Virus record (IMG/VR): IMGVR_UViG_3300044701_003160
Coordinates: 62,001-126,000 of that record
Reading direction: 5' to 3' (one strand)
DNA: 64,000 nt
In this document: one piece after another, positions 10,269 to 19,926 of the stretch
Layout: every line of letters starts with the position of its first letter
Numbering within the stretch: the stretch's first letter is position 1
Made by a program: the position numbers and the translations under genes
The notes under the pieces: generated by a model
The model's input: the letters and a program-made list of their open reading frames with translations, nothing else
Database searches by the model: none
Told to the model about the DNA's origin: nothing

Positions 10269-11078
10269 TCAGTCTATTTCAACGAATCCATCAGACCCAA
10301 CTGGAAGGCCAGAACCTCCCTCCGGTACATTAAAAAATCCATCAGATCCAACTGAAAGTCCACCCCCTCCGCCGGGAATATTAACGAATCCATCAGCGCC
10401 AATAGGAGGAATACCAGTTGCTGTTGTTTGTCCTGGTTGCATAGGTTTTTCAACTGCAACGGAGTTTCTTACATAACGAATAAAGGAAAATGAAACAGTG
10501 CATTTTAATAATTGAGAGGACTCATAAGAAACTGGTATTGAATTGATACTTAAAGGATACGCACGAATGAATTTATATTCTAATGCTGAACCAACATAAT
10601 CTCTCTCAAACTTTGTTATGTATAATGCATCAGTCTGATAATCATCTGGAAAATTTACACGATAAAAATAGTTTCTATTTTCCAAATCCTCTGCATTATT
10701 TTCACCGACACAATAAGAAATCCACCTTTCAAAAAAGTTTATAATTCCATAGTTTTTATCTACATAAAAAGTAAAATCAATGCGGTCGTCATACTGCCTT
10801 CTATATGCGGGTCTTTCCGTGACTCCAGTGTGATCATCAGTAATCTCATTTGTCATCAAAGAAGCACCAGGAAGTGATGCTTCAGAACAAGACAATTCAA
10901 TTAGTTCTTGATTTTTTCTTGCATTATAATCAGATCCAGGAAATCTTCCTTCACCCTGCTTAAGAAATGCTGCAGTGGCCGCTGGGGGTTGAAATCTACA
11001 AACATAATGAGAAGTTAATGCCGGTCTTAATAACTTCTGTTTTATCTCAAAGTTTTTAACTACAGTTGGTCCTGCCAT
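10269..11078 (-). CDS. Tail tube initiator / tube-like protein (gp54-like)
   Basis: LSCSEASLPG...YRRQYDDRIDFTFYVD...AYPLSINSIPVSY...CTVSFSF tube-fold motifs; Gly-rich repeated C-tail. Confidence 0.7.
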   Translation of the reverse strand: MAGPTVVKNFEIKQKLLRPALTSHYVCRFQPPAATAAFLKQGEGRFPGSDYNARKNQELIELSCSEASLPGASLMTNEITDDHTGVTERPAYRRQYDDRIDFTFYVDKNYGIINFFERWISYCVGENNAEDLENRNYFYRVNFPDDYQTDALYITKFERDYVGSALEYKFIRAYPLSINSIPVSYESSQLLKCTVSFSFIRYVRNSVAVEKPMQPGQTTATGIPPIGADGFVNIPGGGGGLSVGSDGFFNVPEGGSGLPVGSDGFVEID

Positions 11079-11117
11079 CTATAAATACTTTTACTGATAT
11101 ATTATGTATGCTGGAAA

Positions 11118-11561
11118 ATGGCAGAAAGTATTAAGAGTATATACAAACCATCTCATCCAGAAAAATATCAAGGTGATGCATCAAACATCATTTGCAGAAG
11201 TAGTTGGGAGAGACGCTTTTGTTATTATTGTGACCATAATCCAAGCATAGTATCTTGGGCATCGGAAGAATTTTGCATCTCTTACGTGTCTCCAGTTGAT
11301 AACCGAGTTCATAGATACTTTCCAGATTATCTTATTAAAGTAAAAGAGGAATCTGGAAGAATTAAGACTTATGTAATTGAAGTCAAACCTAAGAAACAAA
11401 CAGTTCCACCAAAGCAAAGATCAAGAGTGACGAAATCATACTTGCACGAATGTAAAACTTATGCAGTCAATCAAGCAAAGTGGAAAGCAGCACAAGAATG
11501 GTGTGCCGATAGAATGTTAGAGTTCAAAGTCATTACAGAAGATGAATTAGGTATCAAATAA
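11118..11561 (+). CDS. Head completion protein gp4 (nuclease-like)
   Basis: YKPSHPEKY.GD..NII.RSSWE...WASEE...YVSPVDNRVHRYFPD...IEVKP. Confidence 0.9.
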   Translation: MAESIKSIYKPSHPEKYQGDASNIICRSSWERRFCYYCDHNPSIVSWASEEFCISYVSPVDNRVHRYFPDYLIKVKEESGRIKTYVIEVKPKKQTVPPKQRSRVTKSYLHECKTYAVNQAKWKAAQEWCADRMLEFKVITEDELGIK

Positions 11562-11956
11562 TGGCAGAGGGTTTTGGGCAATACGCAGAAAAAGCATCAA
11601 CAACTATAAGAGTCAGAGAACTCAAAAGAAAAATTGCTCAAAGTGGAACCAGCGACCCAGAAGATTTAATGTTAATGATAATGGATGCATTAAAAGAAGA
11701 AGTATTATATCCAGAACCAGGAAAGTTTTATACATTCATTTATAACCCAAAGACACCAGAAATTGAATACGACCAACATCCTTTGATTGCTTGTACTGAA
11801 CTCCAGAAGTGGGGATTCAAAGCAATCAATTTTCATTGGAGAGAATCAAGGCAATATACCTGGGAAGAAGTTGCAGGAAAACTTCACGTCGTTAAGTATA
11901 ATGAGTTGGATGAGTTACTCTCTATACCTTATGCAAAATTCCGTCTAAATAAATAA
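11561..11956 (+). CDS. gp2-like DNA end protector
   Basis: PGKFYTFIYNPKTP...YDQHPLI...GFKAINFHW resembles gp2 core; follows gp4. Confidence 0.55.
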   Translation: MAEGFGQYAEKASTTIRVRELKRKIAQSGTSDPEDLMLMIMDALKEEVLYPEPGKFYTFIYNPKTPEIEYDQHPLIACTELQKWGFKAINFHWRESRQYTWEEVAGKLHVVKYNELDELLSIPYAKFRLNK

Positions 11957-12032
11957 AAACTCTCTCATAAATGTCTCATACTCTACAAACAATTGAGATG
12001 ATTATTCCTTCAGTAAATGGAGGAGAGTTCTG

Positions 12033-13448
12033 ATGTCTCAAAAAACAATAGAGAGTAATCAATCCGGTCCAAAATTACCAGGAGCAACAACTCCACTTTT
12101 TATAAAAACAAAGACTACATTTATTCCAGATGTAAATGGAAATCCAATCGCAAACACAACAAAAACAGAACTATTATATACTCCTAACGGAAGTCAATTT
12201 TTTGTAGCTGCAACTTCAACAAAAGGAGGAGCTGCAGGATCTTGGGAATTGAAAAAATATACACCTGCCGAAATATTTGAAACTGGTATCTCACAGTATG
12301 CACAACCTGATGGAACAATTCTAGGACCTACAGCAGCTATATCATTAAACACTTCTGGTGGAATAATGTATCAAGCTGCTCAAAATTCAATAAAGCAAGC
12401 GGCGACTTCCAATGGAATTGTCGGTGGATATCAAAAACCACTAGCAAGTAGTTTACAAAATACCGCCATTCCAGGTTCAAATCCTCAACCACAAGCACCT
12501 CAACAAGGTGGAGCAAATGGACCAGCACCAGCACAACCAGTATTACCGACACCAGGAGAAAGTGTAGGTGATTTAAAGACTATAGATGTTCCATTAGAAG
12601 CAGCACAATTATCCATAGCACCTACTTCAGGATTAAGATATCCGAAGGAAATGAAAACTGAGCAAGATAAAATTAAATTTCAAGCTGTTAAAATAAAACC
12701 AAGAGCAGCATCAGGTACGGGATCACAATTTTCATTTGGATCTCCTGAATATGATATTGTTGATGGACCAGTTTGCTTATCAATTCAATCTCCAATTAAT
12801 GATCAAAATTCTGTTGATTGGGGTCCAGACAGTGTAAGTGCAATTGATGCTGCAATATTTAATTTATCATATACTGCTATGGGTCCAGATGGAACACCTG
12901 GAGCAGATGTAGAAAGTCAAATTAAAAACGCATATAAAGAATTTATAACTCAAAGTGATAGAGTTAAAAGATATCTTGCAGGGCAAGCAGCAAGTCTTAA
13001 CAATGTTTTGGCGAGAACTGATAACGTTATTCTCAATCCAAACCTTGAACTTCTTTTCCAAGCACCTCAATTAAGACCTTTTACCTTTACTTTTAAAATG
13101 TCTGCGAGAAATCAACCAGAAGCAAATGATATCAAAAAAATTATCAAATACTTTAAATATCATATGGCGGTTAGAAAAGAGAAAGGAATTTTTCTAAGAG
13201 CTCCTCACGTTTTTACGATAAGATATTTGAAAGGTGAAACAGAAAATCATCCAGGAATTAATTTAATTAGTCCAAATCCTACAACAAAAGCTTGTGCTCT
13301 TACAAACTGTTCTGTTGATTACACTCCACTTGGATCTTATATGACTTATAATGATGGAACCATGGTTTCTTATACTTTAAATTTACAGTTTCAAGAAATC
13401 ACTCCAGTTTATGATACTGATTACGATGGTCATCCAATAGGTTACTAA
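12033..13448 (+). CDS. Baseplate tail-tube cap gp48
   Basis: LRYP..., NPNLELLFQAPQLRPFTFTFKM, CALTNCSVDYTP, LQFQEITP. Confidence 0.85.
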   Translation: MSQKTIESNQSGPKLPGATTPLFIKTKTTFIPDVNGNPIANTTKTELLYTPNGSQFFVAATSTKGGAAGSWELKKYTPAEIFETGISQYAQPDGTILGPTAAISLNTSGGIMYQAAQNSIKQAATSNGIVGGYQKPLASSLQNTAIPGSNPQPQAPQQGGANGPAPAQPVLPTPGESVGDLKTIDVPLEAAQLSIAPTSGLRYPKEMKTEQDKIKFQAVKIKPRAASGTGSQFSFGSPEYDIVDGPVCLSIQSPINDQNSVDWGPDSVSAIDAAIFNLSYTAMGPDGTPGADVESQIKNAYKEFITQSDRVKRYLAGQAASLNNVLARTDNVILNPNLELLFQAPQLRPFTFTFKMSARNQPEANDIKKIIKYFKYHMAVRKEKGIFLRAPHVFTIRYLKGETENHPGINLISPNPTTKACALTNCSVDYTPLGSYMTYNDGTMVSYTLNLQFQEITPVYDTDYDGHPIGY

Positions 13449-13449
13449 A

Positions 13450-14463
13450 ATGACTAAACCATACTTCAGACAAGTACCAAACTTTGATTATGTCTCCAGA
13501 AATCCAGGAGACAAATATATCTCTGAGTATATTCCAGTTAAAAATCTTTTTAAGCGTGGAAAGTTAAGAGAAGATATTTTTGGCGACTTAGCATTTTTTG
13601 AGAAGTATTCAATTATTGGTGACGAGAGACCTGATAATGTTGCTAATAAGTTTTATGAAGACTCCACATTAGATTGGGTAGTTCTTCTTTCTAACAACAT
13701 TTTGAATATTCAATCAGAGTGGCCTATGACTCAAGATACCTTTGATAAGGTGATGCTAGAAAAGTATGGTTCTTATGAAAACTTATATTCTGGGGTTCAT
13801 CATTATGAAACAGAAGAAATTAGGAATTCGTTGGGCATTACAGTTCTTAAAAATGGTTTGAGAATATCTCAAAATTGGAAGACTAATGGAAACTTTATAG
13901 AGACTATTAATTCAATTATTAACTCAATAGCAGCAACTCAAGATGGCGGAGTTACTCCGAGCAAAACTGTAAGTGTTTTTATGAGAGATAATATTCCAGC
14001 ATCTGTGGGAGATCAGATTACAATTGATGGAGTTTCTGAAAGAGAATATAACGGAAAACATATTATTACTGAAATATCTGGAAGTTATTTTACTTATGAA
14101 CTTCCAGATATTCCAAATATTCTTATTCCGGCAATTTCTACTTCTGGAAAAGAACAAGTTAATTATACATTATTGGAAAATTCTTTAATTAGCAGTCTCA
14201 CCAATCCACGATATTATGAATTCTGGGATGATGGTCTCGGATATTCTGTTCAGATTCCTTCAACTTCTTTTGTGAAACCAATAACAAATTATGAATATGA
14301 AAAGCAAATAGAAGAGGATAAGAGAAATATTTTTGTGCTCAAACCAAGATACTTAAATGTAGTGTTTAATGATATGGACGATATTATGCCATATAAAAAA
14401 GGGTCTCAACAATATGTGTCTGAGACCCTTAAGAGAGGAGATAATATTAGACTTTATACTTGA
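13450..14463 (+). CDS. Baseplate wedge gp53
   Basis: YFRQVPNF...KNLFKR...ERPDNVA.KFY.DS.LDWVVLLSNNI...EWP (LysM-like gp53 pattern). Confidence 0.85.
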   Translation: MTKPYFRQVPNFDYVSRNPGDKYISEYIPVKNLFKRGKLREDIFGDLAFFEKYSIIGDERPDNVANKFYEDSTLDWVVLLSNNILNIQSEWPMTQDTFDKVMLEKYGSYENLYSGVHHYETEEIRNSLGITVLKNGLRISQNWKTNGNFIETINSIINSIAATQDGGVTPSKTVSVFMRDNIPASVGDQITIDGVSEREYNGKHIITEISGSYFTYELPDIPNILIPAISTSGKEQVNYTLLENSLISSLTNPRYYEFWDDGLGYSVQIPSTSFVKPITNYEYEKQIEEDKRNIFVLKPRYLNVVFNDMDDIMPYKKGSQQYVSETLKRGDNIRLYT

Positions 14464-15417
14464 TCACTCTTCAGCCAATTTTTGGAAATATGAGAGTGCA
14501 TCATCTTCATCTTCATCATCCGAAGTGATCTTGGGAAGTGAAGGAGACTTGGAGCGATTGTAAGAATCCTCAAGTTCTTCCATTACTTTATCTTCACGAC
14601 TTACAGGTTTGCTGTAAGATTCATATTCATCTTCCTGCTCTACCACAGCACGAGACTGTGTGGGAGTTGTAGTACCACCCAGACCAAGAACCATATTCAT
14701 ACGACGCTCAAGATCTTCATAAGACTTGAATTGGTCAGGTGCAGTAATTGCAGATAGAGAATACTCTTTCTTCCACAGTGCTTCCAGAGCATCATCATCG
14801 TCCAGTAGAGGACCTACGCGATCAAATTCAGACTTATCATAATTCCAATAACCATCTTTCTTTACGATTTTGATTTTGAAATTAGCACCTTGCCAGAAGT
14901 CAAAAGGATTGATAGGATCTTCATCATCAAACTCTGGTTGCATAGCATTCAGAATCTTATCAAAGATTTTCTTACCATACTTAAAGAGAAATACTTTACC
15001 TTCGTTTGCAGGATTCGCAGGATCCTTTACGACGTAGATATTAGAATAGTAAGAAAGCTTACGCTTTTGCTTACGAACAGTTTCTTTATCTTTTTCGTTA
15101 CCACTATTCCAGAGACCACGATTGTACTCTGAAACAGGATCTTTCTGACCAATAGTAGTCAGAGAATTTTCAATAAACCACCCACCAGGACCTTGGAAAG
15201 CGTGAGAATACATCTTTACCCAAGGAAGTTCTTCACCATCAGGAGCGGGAAGAAAGCGAATAGTTGCAGAACCAACACCAGTTTTATCCATCTCTGGTTT
15301 CCAGAGACGATCATCAGCACCACTATTGGTGGTATTATTCATCTTCTCAACCTGTTTCACCAGTTTTTCAGTCAGTGAACCAAGAGAAGATTGTTTTTTA
15401 AGATTTTGAAAACTCAT
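14464..15417 (-). CDS. Single-stranded DNA-binding protein gp32
   Basis: DDRLWKPE.DK.G.GSATIRFLP...HAFQGPGGWFIENSLTT...NPFDFWQGANFKIKI; acidic tail. Confidence 0.95.
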   Translation of the reverse strand: MSFQNLKKQSSLGSLTEKLVKQVEKMNNTTNSGADDRLWKPEMDKTGVGSATIRFLPAPDGEELPWVKMYSHAFQGPGGWFIENSLTTIGQKDPVSEYNRGLWNSGNEKDKETVRKQKRKLSYYSNIYVVKDPANPANEGKVFLFKYGKKIFDKILNAMQPEFDDEDPINPFDFWQGANFKIKIVKKDGYWNYDKSEFDRVGPLLDDDDALEALWKKEYSLSAITAPDQFKSYEDLERRMNMVLGLGGTTTPTQSRAVVEQEDEYESYSKPVSREDKVMEELEDSYNRSKSPSLPKITSDDEDEDDALSYFQKLAEE

Positions 15418-15488
15418 TTAAATTACCTTTGATTAATTGGATTTGGCATTTGTGACTTTGCTTAATGGATCGTCCAGCCAAACTTATT

Positions 15489-15833
15489 CTACAGGTCGGA
15501 ACCAGTTTTGTCAATCTGTTCTTTCATCACTTCAAGCATCTTAGACATATTGTTAAGAATGATATTCATATCAGTTCCAGGAGGCATACCCATCATAATT
15601 GCAGAATGCATAATACGTTCCTTCATTTCAATTGCTTCAGGATCATCAGATAAACTCATTCTTGTATAAAGAACTTTTTGTTTATCTAAAAGACGCTCCA
15701 TTAATTCAACGTGTCTTATTCTTTCCTCTTTTTTCATAGAAGGAAACTTAAAGACACTCCCATAAACTTCTTCTTGAAGTTCAGAAATCTCAGCCATTTC
15801 TGCACGAACCATTTCAGAATCAAAGAAACTCAT
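15489..15833 (-). CDS. Conserved cyanobacterial/cyanophage protein (DUF1825-like)
   Basis: MSFFDSEMVRAEM...QKVLYTRMSLSDDPEA. Confidence 0.65.
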   Translation of the reverse strand: MSFFDSEMVRAEMAEISELQEEVYGSVFKFPSMKKEERIRHVELMERLLDKQKVLYTRMSLSDDPEAIEMKERIMHSAIMMGMPPGTDMNIILNNMSKMLEVMKEQIDKTGSDL

Positions 15834-16426
15834 TTCTCTCCCAGAATTACTTCTTTTAATATTTTTTTAAATTTAAATACGTCAATATTTAGAAAGGAAT
15901 TATACTTTCTTATTCTACGACTGACGGTTTCCCACACTGGATCTTGTAGTTTCTTATCAAAGTCTTTACTGAACATAAAGATTTTATCATAGATTACCAG
16001 AGTCTCTAAACTTACTTTACCAGTTAGAAACTTTTTAAGTAGTGGTGGGTGACCTTTAGAGCATTTAAAAACTTCATCAAACTTATTTTCTTCAAAGAGA
16101 GATTGTGATTCTTCCTTAAAAAGATAAGATAGTGATTGAATTTTTTTCTGCCAGTTCTGATATCTTTCTTCTCCATCCTTCATCACCTCACCAATCCAGA
16201 GTGTTTCTGGGTCTTGACAAGAAACAAAGTTTGCAACAAAGAAGTCTTCTACTTCTTTTTCATCTCTTTGTCTTGACATCTTCTCAAAGAAAAATCTATC
16301 CTTCCGTTTATAAAAAGATTGAAGACTCGCTCTGGTTTTTTTATTGTACTTATGATAGTCGTAAGAGTCTTTTGTAAAATGATTTTTTAATGCAAGATAA
16401 GTTTTATAGCAGTCAAATGGCATCAT
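15830..16426 (-). CDS. Helicase loader gp59
   Basis: FDCYKTYLALKNHFT..SYDYHKY...RKDRFFFEK...SLETLVI. Confidence 0.9.
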   Translation of the reverse strand: MMPFDCYKTYLALKNHFTKDSYDYHKYNKKTRASLQSFYKRKDRFFFEKMSRQRDEKEVEDFFVANFVSCQDPETLWIGEVMKDGEERYQNWQKKIQSLSYLFKEESQSLFEENKFDEVFKCSKGHPPLLKKFLTGKVSLETLVIYDKIFMFSKDFDKKLQDPVWETVSRRIRKYNSFLNIDVFKFKKILKEVILGEK

Positions 16427-16684
16427 TCAAAAAATTAATTTAGCACGGGAAGTTTTCTTAAGAAAATTGAGTTCCATCGCCTCATACTTAATTTTTTCTT
16501 TTAGTGGTTTTGAAATGAGTTTTGGAACTGATTCCAAATCAATATTGTTTTGCTCGCAGAAATAAATGATCGCATCAATATAATTCATTTCAATATTAAT
16601 TTGCACAAGATTTTCAATTTCTTGTGCAAATTTAGATGGACAGAAAAACTTATTTTCTAGTGCTTTCTCTAATTCATTCTCCAT
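16427..16684 (-). CDS. Late transcription co-activator gp33
   Basis: KFAQEIE.LV...NYIDAII.FCEQNNIDLESV.KLISKPLKEKIKYEA.ELNFL. Confidence 0.85.
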   Translation of the reverse strand: MENELEKALENKFFCPSKFAQEIENLVQINIEMNYIDAIIYFCEQNNIDLESVPKLISKPLKEKIKYEAMELNFLKKTSRAKLIF

Positions 16685-17354
16685 CTGGCCTAATATTGTG
16701 ATGTACAAATTCTTTAATGTAACGAACTAATAACTTAATATAATCCCCTTTGTTTCTTTTGTCAAATACTTTGACTTCTCCTCCAGGCGTTACCATAATT
16801 GTAATAAGTTTGACTGAAGGAATTTTTGTCAGTTCATAGTAAGCAGTAGCATAAAACATTTCCTGAACAAAGTAATTTTCAAGCCATTCTTCTGGTTTAA
16901 TTTTTTCAGAAGTTTTAAAGTCTATGACTGCAAGTTCTCCCTCGTATTCTCCAATACAATCAACTCTTCCAGCAAGTCCAAGATATTCAGAATAAAGAGT
17001 TCTTTCAATTGCGTGAATATTATTTATCTTATCAAGATAAGGTTTAGCGTGATGAAACATAATCTTTGTAATTGGTTGGTAGTTATTCCAATCCAATTCT
17101 TTGTTTTCCAAATAATCCTGACAGGCTTGGTGGAAATCAGTTCCTCTTGCAGTTGCTCTTTTAGTGATCCGATTTGCCTCTTCAAGACCTACTCTTTTTC
17201 TCCACTTAATAAAAATCTCACGATTATAAAACGAAGTCACAGAAGTAATTGAAGGCACCCACTGACCATTTGGAAGATTGTACAGTCGGATGCCGTTGGT
17301 TTCTTTCTTTTCTAATTCAAGATCACCCAAATAATTATGATGAATAAATGTCAT
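16674..17354 (-). CDS. PD-(D/E)XK exonuclease
   Basis: PSITSV...RGT.FH...IERTLYS...AGRVDCI...IDFKTS...Q..FYA.AY. Confidence 0.85.
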   Translation of the reverse strand: MTFIHHNYLGDLELEKKETNGIRLYNLPNGQWVPSITSVTSFYNREIFIKWRKRVGLEEANRITKRATARGTDFHQACQDYLENKELDWNNYQPITKIMFHHAKPYLDKINNIHAIERTLYSEYLGLAGRVDCIGEYEGELAVIDFKTSEKIKPEEWLENYFVQEMFYATAYYELTKIPSVKLITIMVTPGGEVKVFDKRNKGDYIKLLVRYIKEFVHHNIRPDGE

Positions 17355-18109
17355 AAACCACTTTCTATTTTTGCGAGAATATATTCTTTCACGAATCCAG
17401 AGCGAACAATATCTTCAACACCAAATTCAATAATATCAATTGAAGGCATATTACGAAGAATTTTCATAAAATCAACGATACCATTTTTTTCATTTGACTT
17501 AATCAAATCAGATTGAGTTGCGTCGCCACAGAACATAATTTTTGAGTTTTCACCTACACGAGTGATGATGGAATCTAACTCGTGGAAGTTAAGATTCTGA
17601 AATTCATCTACAATGACAATTGCATTATCCAGGGTAGTTCCACGAATAAAAGAAGTACTCCAAAAACTAATCGTTCCTTGAGTTTTCAGATTTCCATAGA
17701 GCATCTCAAAGTCAGCATCTGAAGGAAGTTGGAACATAAACTTTACCATATTCTTATAAGGAATTTGATAAAGACTTGATTTATCTTCGTGATCTCCTGG
17801 AAGAAATCCAATCTCACGAGTAGCAACAAGAGACCTTACAATATAAATTTTTTCATATGGCGACCTTTCATCGAGAACATCTTGAAGTGCATTATAGAGT
17901 GTGATAAAAGTTTTACCAGTACCTGCACATCCATAAGCAACGATGTTTTGATTTGACTCGTATGCTTTATAAAGTAATTCTTGATTGTCAGTAAGAGGTT
18001 CAATCTCTCTCATTAATTCGGAGTTAATTGGTTTCTTACGTTTTGCTTGTTTTGCGGTAAGACCAACTCCGATTGGTTGTTCATTCGTCGTTCTTTTTCT
18101 TCTTGCCAT
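17351..18109 (-). CDS. phoH: PhoH-family ATPase
   Basis: GCAGTGKT Walker A; IGFLPGD..DK; STSFIRGTT; VDEFQN; FCGDATQSDL. Confidence 0.95.
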   Translation of the reverse strand: MARRKRTTNEQPIGVGLTAKQAKRKKPINSELMREIEPLTDNQELLYKAYESNQNIVAYGCAGTGKTFITLYNALQDVLDERSPYEKIYIVRSLVATREIGFLPGDHEDKSSLYQIPYKNMVKFMFQLPSDADFEMLYGNLKTQGTISFWSTSFIRGTTLDNAIVIVDEFQNLNFHELDSIITRVGENSKIMFCGDATQSDLIKSNEKNGIVDFMKILRNMPSIDIIEFGVEDIVRSGFVKEYILAKIESGL

Positions 18110-18120
18110 ATAAAATTAAA

Positions 18121-18363
18121 TTAGATTTTTTTAACTTTTGAGCCAGGCATTTTTCCGGCACGATCTAGTACATCATTCCATCCTGGATGTTTGTTGGCAA
18201 GTTTATTTTGCCACTCTCCGAGTTCTCCTGGAGTTGCACATCCTTCACTCCAATCGCGTTTCCAATCCGGATTCTCAACATACCACTGAGTGATATCGTG
18301 AACACTCATTTCAACGACTTTCTTCTCGCCAGTTTCTTTATGAATAATTGGATAGATTGCCAA
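18121..18363 (-). CDS. Hypothetical protein
   Basis: 80-aa ORF preceded by late-promoter-like ATAAATA; co-directional. Confidence 0.7.
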   Translation of the reverse strand: MAIYPIIHKETGEKKVVEMSVHDITQWYVENPDWKRDWSEGCATPGELGEWQNKLANKHPGWNDVLDRAGKMPGSKVKKI

Positions 18364-18556
18364 AGTTATTTCTCCATAGTGTGTAAGGATATTTATTCGA
18401 GCGTGATAGACGGTGCATCATCACATTCAACACAGTCAATACATTCATCCATATCAGGATTACTCTTAAGAAATTCTTGAAACTTCTCTTCAGTTACAAA
18501 AACCTTAAAAATGTGACCAGTAAGATGGTCTTTAATGCAATAACTTTTCATAAAAC

Positions 18557-19312
18557 TCAGGGGCTAAGTCTTGCCTTATGTAGACGCTTCTCTTCATAAT
18601 AACTAAAGATCTCAGGAACCCACGCTTTCATTACAGGAACCATTCCTTCACAAAGTGCTTGAATCTCTACTTGAGCATCTAGTTTTGCTCTTAGGTCTAG
18701 GAAGTGTAGTGCAGCACGAAGAGAGAATGAGACTACAAAGTTCTGACGAATATTCTGGGGAAGATAATCACGAAGATGTTCTTCCGCCATACCACGCTTC
18801 TCATAGCCCTCTGCATACCTCTCAGATGCCGATAGACAGAACTTTAACTGCCTTTCGTAATCTTCCCTCGTCCATTCATACTTGTGCCCTTTACGGTCCA
18901 GGTAGAGACCTTCTGGACGCACATAATAAACCTCTTCTGGTTTCAGTTCACCCTTGGCAACCTTCAGTACACGACGACCGGTATAACGCTGAGATTGAAC
19001 ATCAAAACTTACACCAACACGATGAGTTCTTGCCTGAACAATTACGTTGTGAACAAATCCAACACAATCTAAAGTAATTGCAGGATGTTCTAGTGGACCC
19101 CAATGACCTCTCTCATTTGCAAGCAGTTGTTCAATGACCCATTTACCACAATCCTTTTCTCCAGGAGTCATTTTGGTATGAATGGGATCTTCCGAATAGT
19201 CATTCTTACCTGCTTGATAAACAAGAGTTTGGGGAAGTTGCGTCTGACGAATCATCACAACTTTCATATGTTGGTCTAATTCAAGAAGGTCTTTTGCTTT
19301 AATTGGTTTCAT
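18557..19312 (-). CDS. thyX: Flavin-dependent thymidylate synthase
   Basis: GHWGPLEH; QARTHRVGVSFDVQSQRY ThyX motif; LDLRAKLDAQ.EI. Confidence 0.95.
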   Translation of the reverse strand: MKPIKAKDLLELDQHMKVVMIRQTQLPQTLVYQAGKNDYSEDPIHTKMTPGEKDCGKWVIEQLLANERGHWGPLEHPAITLDCVGFVHNVIVQARTHRVGVSFDVQSQRYTGRRVLKVAKGELKPEEVYYVRPEGLYLDRKGHKYEWTREDYERQLKFCLSASERYAEGYEKRGMAEEHLRDYLPQNIRQNFVVSFSLRAALHFLDLRAKLDAQVEIQALCEGMVPVMKAWVPEIFSYYEEKRLHKARLSP

Positions 19313-19467
19313 CAATCCTCTTCCTCGTAAAATTCAATATCATCATCAACCAAATATGGAGCAACCTCCTCATAATTCAGAGACGGAGGTTCTTTTAGTT
19401 CTTCCTTTAAGGAACGAACAAGTAATTCCATATTATGAATAATCAGTTTTACTTTTTCTCGGTTCAT
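19312..19467 (-). CDS. Small acidic hypothetical protein (51 aa)
   Basis: MNREKVKLIIHNMELLVRSLKEEL...EEED; stop overlaps thyX start; promoter directly upstream. Confidence 0.65.
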   Translation of the reverse strand: MNREKVKLIIHNMELLVRSLKEELKEPPSLNYEEVAPYLVDDDIEFYEEED

Positions 19468-19488
19468 ATTATTATAATACTTATTAAT

Positions 19489-19527
19489 ATTTTACACAAA
19501 AAAAGGAAGGTTGTCAATCCTTCCTTT
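19489..19527 (-). terminator. Intrinsic terminator overlapping a sigma70 promoter
   Basis: GGAAGG-attgacaa-CCTTCC-T7; TTGACA(19512-19517)-N17-TAAAAT(19489-19494). Confidence 0.8.
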
Positions 19528-19532
19528 TGATT

Positions 19533-19634
19533 TTAGGCAACTTGGGGTTGCTTTGCCATATTCAATTGTGCGATATGAAGTAGTTTTTCTTTCTTATCTT
19601 TTTTCTTTAGATAACGAACAAAATAAGTATTCAT
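19533..19634 (-). CDS. Small basic peptide (33 aa)
   Basis: MNTYFVRYLKKKDKKEKLLHIAQLNMAKQPQVA; ATGA-coupled to upstream ORF. Confidence 0.55.
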   Translation of the reverse strand: MNTYFVRYLKKKDKKEKLLHIAQLNMAKQPQVA

Positions 19635-19765
19635 TTTTCTACCTCCTTCACAAACTTAACACCACGATAGGTTTCATTATATTGTTGAGGTTGTTGCTGG
19701 GCCTGCTGCTGCTGGCGGCGAATTTCGGTGTCATATTCAACACCACGATAAACGACTTTAGACAT
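19631..19765 (-). CDS. DUF4278-like small protein (44 aa)
   Basis: MSKVVYRGVEYD...QQQQAQQQPQQ...TYRGVKF: two YRGV motifs; AAGGAG RBS. Confidence 0.8.
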   Translation of the reverse strand: MSKVVYRGVEYDTEIRRQQQQAQQQPQQYNETYRGVKFVKEVEK

Positions 19766-19794
19766 TAGGGTTCTCCTTAGTTTTGAGTTAAAGA

Positions 19795-19893
19795 GCGTTC
19801 CTTCAGTCGGCGTTTGCGTTCGCTATTTGCGAATAGCGAATGAACGATCCGTTCCGCGTCGGCTTACTTCCGTCACATAATGTGATGAACGAT
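19795..19893 (-). ncRNA. Tandem glutamine riboswitch (glnA-type) candidate
   Basis: Two units each opening ATCGTTCA and closing GGAACG; first has GACGGAAGTA, second CCGACTGAAGGAACGC; hairpins TCACAT/ATGTGA and TTCGCTATT/AATAGCGAA; upstream of DUF4278. Confidence 0.75.
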
Positions 19894-19926
19894 ATTATTA
19901 TTTACCGGAAACTTTTGTATCTTTTG

